Shown in pieces: positions 16,194 through 24,942 of a stretch of 64,000 nucleotides of DNA. Numbering within the stretch: the first letter of the stretch is position 1; the number at the start of each line of letters is the position of its first letter. The position numbers and the translations under genes were made by a program. Source of the DNA: an uncultured Chloroflexia bacterium (lineage in GTDB: Bacteria; Chloroflexota; Limnocylindria; Limnocylindrales; CSP1-4); assembly GCA_963746075.1 (NCBI GenBank), contig CAVUZY010000007.1, positions 335,338 to 399,337 on the forward strand. Reading direction: 5' to 3'. The notes below the pieces were generated by a model. It was not told where the DNA came from. It worked only from the letters and a program-made list of their open reading frames with translations, and made no database searches.

Positions 16194-17656
16194 ATGGCGC
16201 AGCAGGCCCTGAACCCGGGAACCACACAGACGCGCGGACGGGCGATGTTCGGCCTGCTCGACGCGAACGGGTGGGGCTGGGCGTCGCTGAAGGCCGCGTT
16301 CTGGTTCGTCCTGCTGATCTTCATGCTCGGCTACGTCCCGGATCGGGCGTACTACTTCACGGTCAACAAGACGATCGACCTGGGGATCCTCGCCTGGAGC
16401 CCGCTCAACTTCTGCCCCGAGGGCAATCGGACGCTGCCGTGCCCGGCGCCGGTCGGAGCGATGGTGCCGTGGGAGGCCTCGCCCGCGGACATCTCGCTGC
16501 CCGGAGCCGCGGACCGACGGCGCGATGGTCCAGTCCGGGACGACGATCCTGTACGTCGGCGGGTCGGACGGGTCGGCGGCATCGGCCAAGACCTTCATCT
16601 CGAAGACGTCCGGCACCGGCAACTTCGACAAGTGGACCGCCGGCCCAGACCTGCCCGAGCCACGCTCGAACCTGTCGGTCATCTACTCCGGCGGCAAGAT
16701 CTACGCGATCGGCGGGAACGGCGCCGACGGCCAGCCAACCGCCACCGTGTACGTCCTGACGCCGGACTCGAAGACCGGCGCCTTGGGCGAGTGGCAGACG
16801 ACCGAGGAGGCCAAGCTCGACCTGGCCCTCCCCGAGCCGCGAGCCGGCACGGCCGTCGTTGCCGCGTCCGATGGCCTGCTCCTCGTCGGCGGCACGAACG
16901 GCACGGCCCCGGTCGATACCGTCTGGAAGACGACCTTCGATTCCAAGGGCGTGCCGAGCAAGTGGACGCCGCAGGCCGGCAAGCTCTTCACGCCGGTTAC
17001 GGATGCGTCGGCGGCGATCGTCGGCAGCTATCTGTGGGTCTATGGCGGGACGGCTCCCGGCGTCAACGCGATCCCGAGCGTCCAGCGCGGCGAGTTCGGT
17101 ACCGGCGCCGACGCGACGAAGATCACCCGGTTCGGCGTCCAGGGCGGCACGACGGACCTGCCGGCGCCGCGCACGAACCTGGTCGGGTTCGCCGCGAACG
17201 GCGCCCTCTACGCGGTCGGCGGGTCCGACGGGACGACGCCCCAGACCAGCGCGTACTGGGCAATCCCCAATGCCGTCGGAGAGCTCGGTGGCTGGAAGCA
17301 TCTCGACGTCAGCGACCTTCCGACGGGCCTGGCCGGCGGCGCGCCGATCATCCTCGGGCCGGATGCCATCGCGGTCGGCGGAACGACCGACCGCGGGCGT
17401 CACGAACGCCAGCCACCGGGCGAACATCGCCCCGGAGGCGCCGTTCTTCCAGCTCGGCCTCGTCGGTGCGACGGTTCCAGCCCTGAAGATCGACGGTGAG
17501 ATCGGCCAGCAGCTCGGCTATCTCAACGCCAACACGATCGGCATCGTGAACTTCGCGCTCTTCGTCGTCATCGGCTGGGCGTTCGCCCACCGCGCGCAGA
17601 TCAAGGAATGGCGCGACCGACGCCGGCGCGAATCGGAGCTCAAGAAGCGCGCCTGA
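16194..17656 (+). pseudogene. Kelch-repeat beta-propeller protein with N- and C-terminal TM helices; two frame interruptions (~16510 and ~17395)
   Basis: Three consecutive frames: 16194 (MAQQ...FWFVLLIFMLGYVP...ISLPGA), 16525 (TILYVGG, GKIYAIGG, GLLLVGG, SYLWVYGG, GALYAVGG Kelch blades) and 16859 (...APFFQLG...IGIVNFALFVVIGWAFAH...KKRA). Confidence 0.75.
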
Positions 17657-17795
17657 TCCCGGGACGGACGCGGCCGCGGCCCGAGCCGCGGTATCGCTTC
17701 CAGGATCCTGCCCGGCCAGCCGTTGTTGGCCAGGTATGCGCCCGAGGACTCGTGGGGTGGCTTCGCCTGTCCACCTGGCTGTCGAACCCGATGGA

Positions 17796-17815
17796 GTTAG
17801 CCGCCGGCGGCTAAC
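17796..17815. terminator. Perfect 20-bp palindrome between convergent genes
   Basis: GTTAGCCGCCGGCGGCTAAC. Lies between the Kelch-gene stop (17656) and the rhodanese stop (17903). It could be a bidirectional terminator stem or a protein-binding site. Confidence 0.3.
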
Positions 17816-17902
17816 GAACGTCCGGATCGGACGTCCCGGACGCCCCAACGAGGCTCGAGCCACGCCGACGAGTCCTCCGGTGACTGTTCGGCCGGGTGCG
17901 CT

Positions 17903-18286
17903 TCAGCCCGGGAGGTCGCCCTCGCCGGGGGCCGGCGTCCCGCTCCGGATCGGCAGGTTGGCCTGGCGCCAGCCGATCATCCCGCCGGTGATGTTCCGGA
18001 CGTCGGTCCAGCCCGCCTGCAGCAGAAACATCGTCGCCGACGTCGATCGGCTGCCGGCGGCGCACAGCATCAGCAGCGGGCGGTCCCTCGGCAGCTCCTG
18101 GTGACGGGCGACGAACTCCGAGATCGGCATGAGCGCGACGCCATCGACCCGCTCCTGCTCGAACTCGTAGGGTTCGCGGACATCGACGATCAGCGGCCGC
18201 GTCGCGGGATCCGTGGCGGTTGACGAATCCGTCGCCGCGGCCGCCTCCGCCGCCGTGATCGACGGCACGTTCGGAGACATCGTCAC
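17903..18286 (-). CDS. Rhodanese-domain sulfurtransferase
   Basis: 127 aa. LIVDVREPYEF plus active-site loop CAAGSRS. GTG start overlaps the upstream stop (GTGA). Confidence 0.85.
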   Translation of the reverse strand: MTMSPNVPSITAAEAAAATDSSTATDPATRPLIVDVREPYEFEQERVDGVALMPISEFVARHQELPRDRPLLMLCAAGSRSTSATMFLLQAGWTDVRNITGGMIGWRQANLPIRSGTPAPGEGDLPG

Positions 18287-18714
18287 GGGGCGCTCCTCGG
18301 CAGGGCAGGGGCCTCGATCGTCGCGTCGGTCGGGTCGGCGGCGAGGCGCGCGAGCCGCTCGTCGATGGCCGCGACCAGCCCCGGCAGATCCAGCCCGGAC
18401 GCCGCCTCCGGCGCGGTGCCGACCGCGGTCGCAAGATGCGCCCGGGCGCCCGCGAGGTTCTTGGCAATCCCCGCCGGGTTACCACGGACGCCGTGGACGA
18501 AGGCCGCCGCCAGCTTGATCAGGCCCTGGTGGAGGGCGCGCTCGGCGGCATCGTCGGTGCCCATCCAGGCCGGCTCGAGGAGCTCGTGGGTCTCGAAGAA
18601 GTCGCCCCGGTCATACGCCTCGAGGGCCGCGTCGTAGGCCCGCCGTCGCTCCTCGGCCGGCAGCGGCCGGTACGCCTTCGCCCGTCCGTTCTGGACGACG
18701 GTGGCGCCGCTCAC
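18283..18714 (-). CDS. DUF309-family protein
   Basis: Block YDRGDFFETHELLEPAWM...HQGLIKLAAAFVH is typical of DUF309. GTG 18714 overlaps the upstream stop. The rest of the 749-aa ORF is antisense to the aminotransferase gene. Confidence 0.7.
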   Translation of the reverse strand: MSGATVVQNGRAKAYRPLPAEERRRAYDAALEAYDRGDFFETHELLEPAWMGTDDAAERALHQGLIKLAAAFVHGVRGNPAGIAKNLAGARAHLATAVGTAPEAASGLDLPGLVAAIDERLARLAADPTDATIEAPALPRSAP

Positions 18715-19232
18715 GTCAGGTCGGCCAGGGCCCGTCGCCCGCCGAACCCGTCGCCGAGCTCGTGCCAGAACGCGATGTCGTCCTCGCCGAGCCGCCAGCA
18801 GAGCCAGATCTGACGGCCGCTGGCGAGCGCCGGGAAGTCGATCAGGCCGGTCTCGATCTCGCGCAGCGTGACCCCGATCTCGTCGATCCGGGCGACGCCC
18901 GCCTGCATCCGGTCGATCACGCCCTGCATCCGGAGGCGCAGGATCCGGACCTCCGGGTCGCCCGCGGCCGGGTCCTCGGTCGATCCGCCGCCGGGCCCGA
19001 CGGTGGTTCCGCTCTCGGAGCCCTCGCCCGAGTCGGTCGGACGCGACGAGCCGCCCACGTTGGCCTCGGTCGGGGCATTGGCCTCGGATGGGGCATTGGC
19101 CGGCGAGCGATGGAGCAGGACCTCGTCGCGCAGGCGGATCAGCTCGATCCGCTCGTCCCGCAGGGATTCGAGAATCGCGCGCACCTCCGGCAGCGCGGCG
19201 TTGGCCTCGTCGAGGTCGAAGAATGTGGTCAC
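18711..19232 (-). CDS. DUF2203-family protein with an inserted low-complexity loop
   Basis: 173 aa. N-terminus MTTFFDLDEANAALPEVRAILESL and C-terminus GLIDFPALASGRQIWLCWRLGEDDIAFWHE match my recollection of DUF2203. Confidence 0.7.
   Translation of the reverse strand: MTTFFDLDEANAALPEVRAILESLRDERIELIRLRDEVLLHRSPANAPSEANAPTEANVGGSSRPTDSGEGSESGTTVGPGGGSTEDPAAGDPEVRILRLRMQGVIDRMQAGVARIDEIGVTLREIETGLIDFPALASGRQIWLCWRLGEDDIAFWHELGDGFGGRRALADLT
19060..19101 (-). repeat. In-frame 18-bp tandem repeat (about 2.3 copies) encoding ANAPSE/ANAPTE
   Basis: TTGGCCTCGGTCGGGGCA / TTGGCCTCGGATGGGGCA / TTGGCC on the plus strand, inside the DUF2203 gene. Confidence 0.8.
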
Positions 19233-19326
19233 CGCACGATTCTAGCCCGTCGCGCCGCTCGCGCCCACCACGGGATCGGAGCAGGCCCGCAGTAGACTGC
19301 GCGAACCACGCCACAAGGAGCTCGAC

Positions 19327-20547
19327 ATGCGGGTCGCCCAGCGGATGAGCATGATCGGGACCGAGACCGCCTTCGAGGTCTCCGCCCGCGCCCGCGCCCT
19401 CGAGGCGGAGGGCAAGGACATCATCCATCTCCAGATCGGCGAGCCCGACTTCGACACGCCGGCCAACATCCGCGAGGCGGCCAAGCGAGCGCTCGACGAC
19501 GGGGCGACCCACTACGCGCCGTATCCCGGGATCCCGCCGCTCCGGGCGGCGATCGCCGAGGACGCCGAGGCCCGCAAGGGCTTCCCCGTGACCCCGGAAC
19601 GGGTGTTCGTCACGGTCGGCGGCAAGGGCGTGATGCTCTACGCGATCCTCGGCCTGATCGATCCGGGCGACGAGGTCCTCGTGCCGGACCCCGGCTACCC
19701 CATCTACGAGTCGCTCACCCGGTTCGTCGGCGGGATGCCGGTGCCGGTTCCGATCCGGATGGAGCACGACTTCCGGATCGACCTCGCCGAGCTGGCCTCG
19801 CTCGTCACGCCCAAGACCCGGATGCTCGTCATCAACTCCCCGGCCAACCCGACCGGCGGGGTCCTGACCCGAAGCGATCTCGAGGCGATCGCCGAGCTCG
19901 CGATCCGCCACGACCTGGTCGTCCTCGACGACGAGATCTATGGCCGGATCCTGTACGACGGCGAGGAGCACGTCTCGATCGCCTCGCTGCCGGGCATGGC
20001 CGAGCGGACGATCGTCCTCGACGGGTTCTCGAAGACGTTCGCGATGACCGGCTGGCGGCTGGGCTACGCGATCGTGCCGTCCTCGCTCGTCGCGATGTAT
20101 GGCCAGCTCGTCATCAACACGATCTCGTGCGCCCCGACGTTCGCCCAGATCGGCGCGGTCGAGGCCCTCAAGGGTCCGCAGGAGCCGATGGCCGAGATGG
20201 TCGAGGAGTTCCGGGCGCGGCGAGACCTTGTCGTGGATGGCCTGAACGCGATCCCGGGCATCCGCTGCCTGTCGCCGAAGGGGGCGTTCTACGCGTTCCC
20301 GGACATCGGCGGGACCGGGCTCGGCGGCAAGGAGCTGGCCGACCGGCTGCTCCTCGAGGCCGGCGTCTGCGTCCTCGCCGGGACGGCGTTCGGCGGCGTG
20401 GCGACGAACCACATCCGGGTGTCGTACGCAAACTCGCGCGAGAACCTGACGAAGGCGCTCGGGCGGATCGGAGATTTCGTGGCGGCGCTGCCGGCCGGGA
20501 ATGGCGTCGTGGGCGCGGCGAGCGGCGCCCACATGACGACGCGTTGA
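19327..20547 (+). CDS. Class I/II PLP-dependent (aspartate-type) aminotransferase
   Basis: 406 aa, AAGGAG Shine-Dalgarno. Blocks NSPANPTG and [14 protein letters not shown] (PLP lysine). Confidence 0.88.
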   Translation: MRVAQRMSMIGTETAFEVSARARALEAEGKDIIHLQIGEPDFDTPANIREAAKRALDDGATHYAPYPGIPPLRAAIAEDAEARKGFPVTPERVFVTVGGKGVMLYAILGLIDPGDEVLVPDPGYPIYESLTRFVGGMPVPVPIRMEHDFRIDLAELASLVTPKTRMLVINSPANPTGGVLTRSDLEAIAELAIRHDLVVLDDEIYGRILYDGEEHVSIASLPGMAERTIVLDGFSKTFAMTGWRLGYAIVPSSLVAMYGQLVINTISCAPTFAQIGAVEALKGPQEPMAEMVEEFRARRDLVVDGLNAIPGIRCLSPKGAFYAFPDIGGTGLGGKELADRLLLEAGVCVLAGTAFGGVATNHIRVSYANSRENLTKALGRIGDFVAALPAGNGVVGAASGAHMTTR

Positions 20548-21539
20548 TGGCCGCCCGCCCGAAGGTCTTCGTCGCGCGGCTCCTCCCGGACGCAGGGATC
20601 GATCCGATCGTCGCCGTCACCGACGCCCGGGTCTGGGAGGACGAGCTCCCGCCGCCGCGCGCCGACCTCCTCGCTGCGATCAAGGGCTGCGACGGCGTCC
20701 TGACCCTCCTCACCGACAAGGTCGACGACGAGTTCCTCGATGCCGCCGGTCCGCAGCTCAAGGTCGTCTCGAACTACGCGGTCGGCTTCGACAACGTCGA
20801 CGTCGCGGCCTGCACGGCACGTGGCGTCGCCGTCGGCAACACGCCGGGCGTCCTGACGGAGACCACGGCCGACCTGGCGTGGGCGCTGCTCATGGCCGCC
20901 GCGCGCCGGCTTCCGGAAGGGGATCGCTACGTTCGCGGCGGCAAGTGGAAGACCTGGGGGCCGCTGCTGCTGCTCGGGCCGGACGTCCACGGCGCGACGA
21001 TCGGGATCGTCGGGTTCGGACGGATCGGCCAGGCGGTTGCTCGGCGGGCGATGGGGTTCGGGATGACGATTGTGTACCACGACGTCCATCGGGCCGAGCG
21101 CGCTGTCGAGGCGGCGTACGGTGCGACGTTCCTGCCGCTCGAGGAGCTGTTGCCGCGGGCCGACTTCGTGTCGCTCCACGTCAACCTGACGCCCGAGACG
21201 AAGGGCCTGATCAACGCCGAGAAGCTCTCGTGGATGAAGCCGACGGGCGTGCTCGTGAACACGTCGCGCGGGCCCGTCGTGGATCCGCTGGCCCTGGCGG
21301 ACGCGTTGCGGGACGGGACGATCTTCGGCGCGGCATTGGATGTCACCGACCCGGAGCCGATCCCAACCGACGATCCGTTGCTCTCGCTCGACAACTGCCT
21401 GGTTGTGCCGCACATCGCGTCGGCGTCGCGGGCAACGCGCTCGAAGATGGCCGAGATGGCGGCGGCGAACCTGCTGGCCGGCATCCGCGGCGAGCGGATC
21501 CCGACCCCGGTCAACCCCGAGGTCTACGACCGGGGCTGA
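20547..21539 (+). CDS. D-2-hydroxyacid dehydrogenase (glyoxylate/hydroxypyruvate reductase-like)
   Basis: The ATG shares a base with the upstream TGA. NAD fold [16 protein letters not shown], plus LVNTSRG and PHIASAS. Confidence 0.85.
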   Translation: MAARPKVFVARLLPDAGIDPIVAVTDARVWEDELPPPRADLLAAIKGCDGVLTLLTDKVDDEFLDAAGPQLKVVSNYAVGFDNVDVAACTARGVAVGNTPGVLTETTADLAWALLMAAARRLPEGDRYVRGGKWKTWGPLLLLGPDVHGATIGIVGFGRIGQAVARRAMGFGMTIVYHDVHRAERAVEAAYGATFLPLEELLPRADFVSLHVNLTPETKGLINAEKLSWMKPTGVLVNTSRGPVVDPLALADALRDGTIFGAALDVTDPEPIPTDDPLLSLDNCLVVPHIASASRATRSKMAEMAAANLLAGIRGERIPTPVNPEVYDRG

Positions 21540-21635
21540 TCGCGCGGCCAGCGGGCCCCGGCCCCGGCTTGCGAATAGCCGCATGTTTCATGCCTGCCGC
21601 CGCACATGGACGCTGGGCGGGCGGACGAAGGGCGA

Positions 21636-22061
21636 TTAGCTCCGCGTCTCGCGCGGCGACGGGATCTCGACGATCACGTTCGTCGACTTCACGACGCAGA
21701 TCGCCTCGTCGCCGACTTTGAGGCCCATTTCCTCGACCGCCTCGGCCGTCATCAGGCTGACCATCCGGTGCGGCCCCGCGAGCACCTCCACGACGGCGGC
21801 GACCCGATCCTTCTCGATCCGGATGACGATGCCCGGGAAACGATTGCGCGCCGATTGAGCGACGATCGGCCGGTCGGTCGTGGCCTGACGACGCTCGGTG
21901 ATCACCCGCGTCACCTCCGCGATCGGCACGAGCCGCTGGCCGCCCTCGGATCGGACGACCTTGATGCGCCCGTCGTCCGACCAGCGCCGGAGCGTGTCGA
22001 CGGTCACGCCGATCATCTCGGCCGCGCGCCCGATCCGGATCCGGTCTGACGAATCGCTCAT
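21636..22061 (-). CDS. MerR/excisionase-type HTH fused to a TOBE (molybdate/Mop-like) domain
   Basis: 141 aa. IRIGRAAEMIGVTVDTLRRWSDDGRI is the HTH. NRFPGIVIRIEKDRVAAVVEVLAG...AICVVKSTNVIVE is the TOBE fold pattern. Confidence 0.8.
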   Translation of the reverse strand: MSDSSDRIRIGRAAEMIGVTVDTLRRWSDDGRIKVVRSEGGQRLVPIAEVTRVITERRQATTDRPIVAQSARNRFPGIVIRIEKDRVAAVVEVLAGPHRMVSLMTAEAVEEMGLKVGDEAICVVKSTNVIVEIPSPRETRS

Positions 22062-22121
22062 GTCGGCCGATTGTATGGGCGCGGGACTCGGTCGCCGTCT
22101 CGTCCGCTACGCTTGGAGCAG

Positions 22122-22193
22122 GGGCCGGTAGCTCAGTGGCAGAGCAGGGGACTTTTAATCCCTTGGTCGTGGGTTCGAATCCCACCCGGCTCG
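22122..22193 (+). tRNA. tRNA-Lys (anticodon UUU)
   Basis: Manual cloverleaf: acceptor GGGCCGG/CCGGCTC, D arm GCTC-AGTGGCA-GAGC, anticodon arm GGGGA-CTTTTAA-TCCCT, T arm GTGGG-TTCGAAT-CCCAC. CCA is not encoded. Confidence 0.93.
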
Positions 22194-22205
22194 CCTCAGA
22201 AATCG

Positions 22206-23036
22206 CTAGCCGGGCGGCCCGTCGTGCTCGGGCTTCTGGGCGAAGTGCTGTCGTTGCCACGCAAACACGTCGGGCAGCCACTCCTTGCCGAACGTCGCCG
22301 ACGGCCCGATGCGCGGGTCATCGGGGGTATGGCCGTCACGAAGCGCCTCCACGTATGCGCGATCCAGGTCGATCCGTGCCCGTACCTGATCAGCTCCGCC
22401 GACGGACCCGTGACCGGGGATGAGGACTTCCACGTCGTCCGCCACATCCTCGAGCAGACGCAGCCCGGCGAGGTAATCCTCGATGGGATCCGCGGCGTCC
22501 AGGTCGGGCATCGGCATCAGGATGTCGGAGAGCATGTCGCCGGCGATCAGAACGCCGCGGTCCTCGATCACCAGCGCCGCATGGCCCTGGGCATGCGCCG
22601 GATGTTCGATGACCCGGACTCCCGGGCCGTCCCAGGGAATCCGAGCAGTTCCGGCCGGCAGACCGGAGATGAGACCGAACAGGTCCAACGGGACCTCGTC
22701 GGCGATCTCCGGCGGCAACCCCTCGGCGACGCGGGCCTTCCAATCCGCGTTCGACAGCAGATCTCGCATCGAAGCCGCGCAGCGGGCTGTGCCGTATCGC
22801 GGCGCTTCGCCGAGCTCGACGTGCCAGAGCACGTGATCCCAATCAGGATGCGTCGCGAAGCCTGCGGCAACGGGCTGGCCCATCTCGCGGATGTCATTCG
22901 CGAGGCAGGCCAATTCGGAGCTCTGGATCCCGGGGTCGATGACCAACATGCCGGCCCGGCCTTGCACGACAACGGAGTTGTTCTGGAGTAACTCGCTCTG
23001 GTGGGTCAGCACACCGTCCGCGACCTGCCTCAGCAC
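22206..23036 (-). CDS. MBL-fold metallo-hydrolase
   Basis: GMLVIDPG, then THPDWDH (a variant of HxHxDH), then LIPGHG. GTG 23036 proposed; the ORF extends to 23165. Confidence 0.75.
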   Translation of the reverse strand: MLRQVADGVLTHQSELLQNNSVVVQGRAGMLVIDPGIQSSELACLANDIREMGQPVAAGFATHPDWDHVLWHVELGEAPRYGTARCAASMRDLLSNADWKARVAEGLPPEIADEVPLDLFGLISGLPAGTARIPWDGPGVRVIEHPAHAQGHAALVIEDRGVLIAGDMLSDILMPMPDLDAADPIEDYLAGLRLLEDVADDVEVLIPGHGSVGGADQVRARIDLDRAYVEALRDGHTPDDPRIGPSATFGKEWLPDVFAWQRQHFAQKPEHDGPPG

Positions 23037-23267
23037 GGGACTCCTTCCGCTCGTGGCTTCCAACCGCGTGGATGAGACGGTCGTACCGCGGCGGATTCTA
23101 GCCGCGCTCCGAGGCGCGGACGATGGGCCCTCGCGCCAGTTGGCGCAACGCGGGGTCCGTGCCAACGAGCGGCCGCCGCAACTTCACCCGACACAACCGC
23201 TCTCCACCCGACTACCCTGCACTCACCGCGCGCGCGTCAGCGGCCTGCCGTTGGGGAGAGCCAGAGC

Positions 23268-24122
23268 ATGAATCGTCCTCGTACCCTTGCCGACTTCGGC
23301 TTGCCGTCCAACACCTCCGTGCATCGCGGACGCCGACGGCTAAGCACCGTGCTGGGCACCGCGGCCGTCGTGGCCGGGCTCCTGCTCGTCGTGCCGAGCC
23401 AGGCGTTCGCGGGGGCCGCGTGCACGTTTCGCGTCACCGGCATCCAGGGCGAGCTCATCGTCGCGGCCGGCCAGGTCGCGTGCGGCGGAGCCGGCGACGA
23501 CGGCGTGGCCTTGGTCGAGGAGGGTGGCACGTTCCGCGGCGGGGCCGGCAATGACCGGGTCATCAGCAGCGTGTTCGAGGGCGGCTCGTTTGTCGGCGGC
23601 GACGGCGACGATCAGGTCGAGCGCGTGTTCGGGACGTTCGACGGCGGCGCCGGCGACGACTCGGTCGTCCGGCTCTTCGGCACGTTCAACGGCGGATCCG
23701 GCGACGACGAGACCTTCTCGGTGTTCGGCACCTTCAACGGCGGCGACGGCAACGACATGGTGTTCAACGTCGAGGGCACGTTCAACGGCGGGGACGGCAA
23801 CGACATCGCCGAGGTCGTGTTCGGCACCTTCAACGGCGGCGACGGCAACGACGACGCCGATGTCGGATTCGGCGGCACGTTCAACGGCGGCAACGACGAC
23901 GACAACGCGACCTTCGTCGACGCGGGCACGTTCAACGGCGGCAACGGGCAGGACACCGTGGGCTTCATGCGCGACCCGTTCGGGACCGAGCGTCAGCCGA
24001 TCGTCAACGGCGGCAACGGCAAGGACCGCGTGGGGGAGATGACCGCGGGCATGTTCAACGGCGGCAACGGCAAGGACTGGGTCGGGTCGGCGCTCGGCGG
24101 CTTGACGATCTCCGTTCCGTAG
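23268..24122 (+). CDS. Secreted repeat protein with about 12 GGxGxD-containing repeats (beta-roll/RTX-like, non-canonical period)
   Basis: Signal peptide LLLVVPSQAFAGA. Repeats follow the pattern FGTFNGGDGNDxxxxx with a 13-14-residue period. Confidence 0.8.
   Translation: MNRPRTLADFGLPSNTSVHRGRRRLSTVLGTAAVVAGLLLVVPSQAFAGAACTFRVTGIQGELIVAAGQVACGGAGDDGVALVEEGGTFRGGAGNDRVISSVFEGGSFVGGDGDDQVERVFGTFDGGAGDDSVVRLFGTFNGGSGDDETFSVFGTFNGGDGNDMVFNVEGTFNGGDGNDIAEVVFGTFNGGDGNDDADVGFGGTFNGGNDDDNATFVDAGTFNGGNGQDTVGFMRDPFGTERQPIVNGGNGKDRVGEMTAGMFNGGNGKDWVGSALGGLTISVP
23481..24077 (+). repeat. Coding tandem-repeat array (about 39-42-bp units) within the repeat-protein gene
   Basis: Recurrent ...TTCGGCACCTTCAACGGCGGCGACGGCAACGAC... 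units, in frame. Confidence 0.8.
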
Positions 24123-24171
24123 CGGCCCAGCCCGGCGGCGCCGCGGGGTCCGTGGCCGGCATGATCGCCCG

Positions 24172-24942
24172 GTGATCGATCCCGCTGTCCAGCCGCAGCT
24201 CGACGCCGTCCTCGGGGCTGTCGAGGCGGCAGTCGGCACCGCCGTCGTGGGCATCGATCTCCACGGCTCGGCCGTCGTCGGCGGGCTCAAGCCGCGGAGC
24301 GACCTGGACGTGCTCGTCGTCACCGCGCGGGCGACGACCCGTGCCGAGAAGCAGCGGCTCGTCGAGCGCCTCGCTGCGATCTCCAACCACGACGAGCTGC
24401 CGGGCTTCGAGCGACCGGTGGAGCTGACGATCGTCGCGCAGCCGGACATCCGGCCGTGGCGCTACCCGCCGACGACGGACTTCCAGTACGGCGAGTGGCT
24501 GCGCGATCGTTTCGAACGGGGTGAGCTCGATCCGGAGAAGCCGAAGAACCCGGACCTGGCCATCCTTCTCACGAGCGTGCTCGGGGCCAGCGTGCCGCTG
24601 GTCGGCCCGCCGGCGGCAGTCCTCATCGATCCGGTCCCAGCCGCTGACCTCCGCCGAGCGATGACCGACGAGCTGCCGTCGCTCCTCCAGGATCTCGCGA
24701 CGGACACCCGCAACGTCCTGCTGACGCTTGCCCGCATCTGGGTCACCGTCAGCTCCGGTGACATCCGCTCGAAGGACGCCGCCGCCGACTGGGCGCTCGA
24801 GCGTCTTCCCGAGGAGCATCGCCCGGTCCTGGCCCGGGCGCGAGCGATCTATCTCGGCGCCGAGGATGAGCGCTGGGGAGACCTTGCCGACCGCCTCCAG
24901 CCCTTCGCCGATCATCTCGTCACGGAGATCCGGAATGCCTGA
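24172..24942 (+). CDS. aadA: Aminoglycoside nucleotidyltransferase, ANT(3'')/AadA-like (nucleotidyltransferase + DUF4111)
   Basis: Collinear with AadA as I recall it: LHGSAVVGGLKPRSDLDVLVV, IRPWRYPP..FQYGEW, DLAILLT, LVGPPA, RNVLLTLARIW, KDAAADWALERLP. Roughly 40% identity by eye. Confidence 0.85.
   Translation: MIDPAVQPQLDAVLGAVEAAVGTAVVGIDLHGSAVVGGLKPRSDLDVLVVTARATTRAEKQRLVERLAAISNHDELPGFERPVELTIVAQPDIRPWRYPPTTDFQYGEWLRDRFERGELDPEKPKNPDLAILLTSVLGASVPLVGPPAAVLIDPVPAADLRRAMTDELPSLLQDLATDTRNVLLTLARIWVTVSSGDIRSKDAAADWALERLPEEHRPVLARARAIYLGAEDERWGDLADRLQPFADHLVTEIRNA

Noticed and set aside
18715-20532. Remainder of the 749-aa minus-strand ORF 18283..20532
   Set aside because: It is antisense to the well-supported aminotransferase gene and to the DUF2203 gene frame. 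Only the last 144 codons (DUF309) look genuine.
22071-22991. 306-aa plus-strand ORF running through tRNA-Lys
   Set aside because: It overlaps a canonical tRNA and is antisense to the MBL-fold hydrolase gene. It has no motifs.
23481-24077. Regularly spaced about 40-bp repeats, considered as a possible CRISPR-like or non-coding array
   Set aside because: The repeats are in frame inside a signal-peptide-bearing ORF and encode a conserved GTFNGGxGxD peptide unit. There are no unique spacers and no cas genes.
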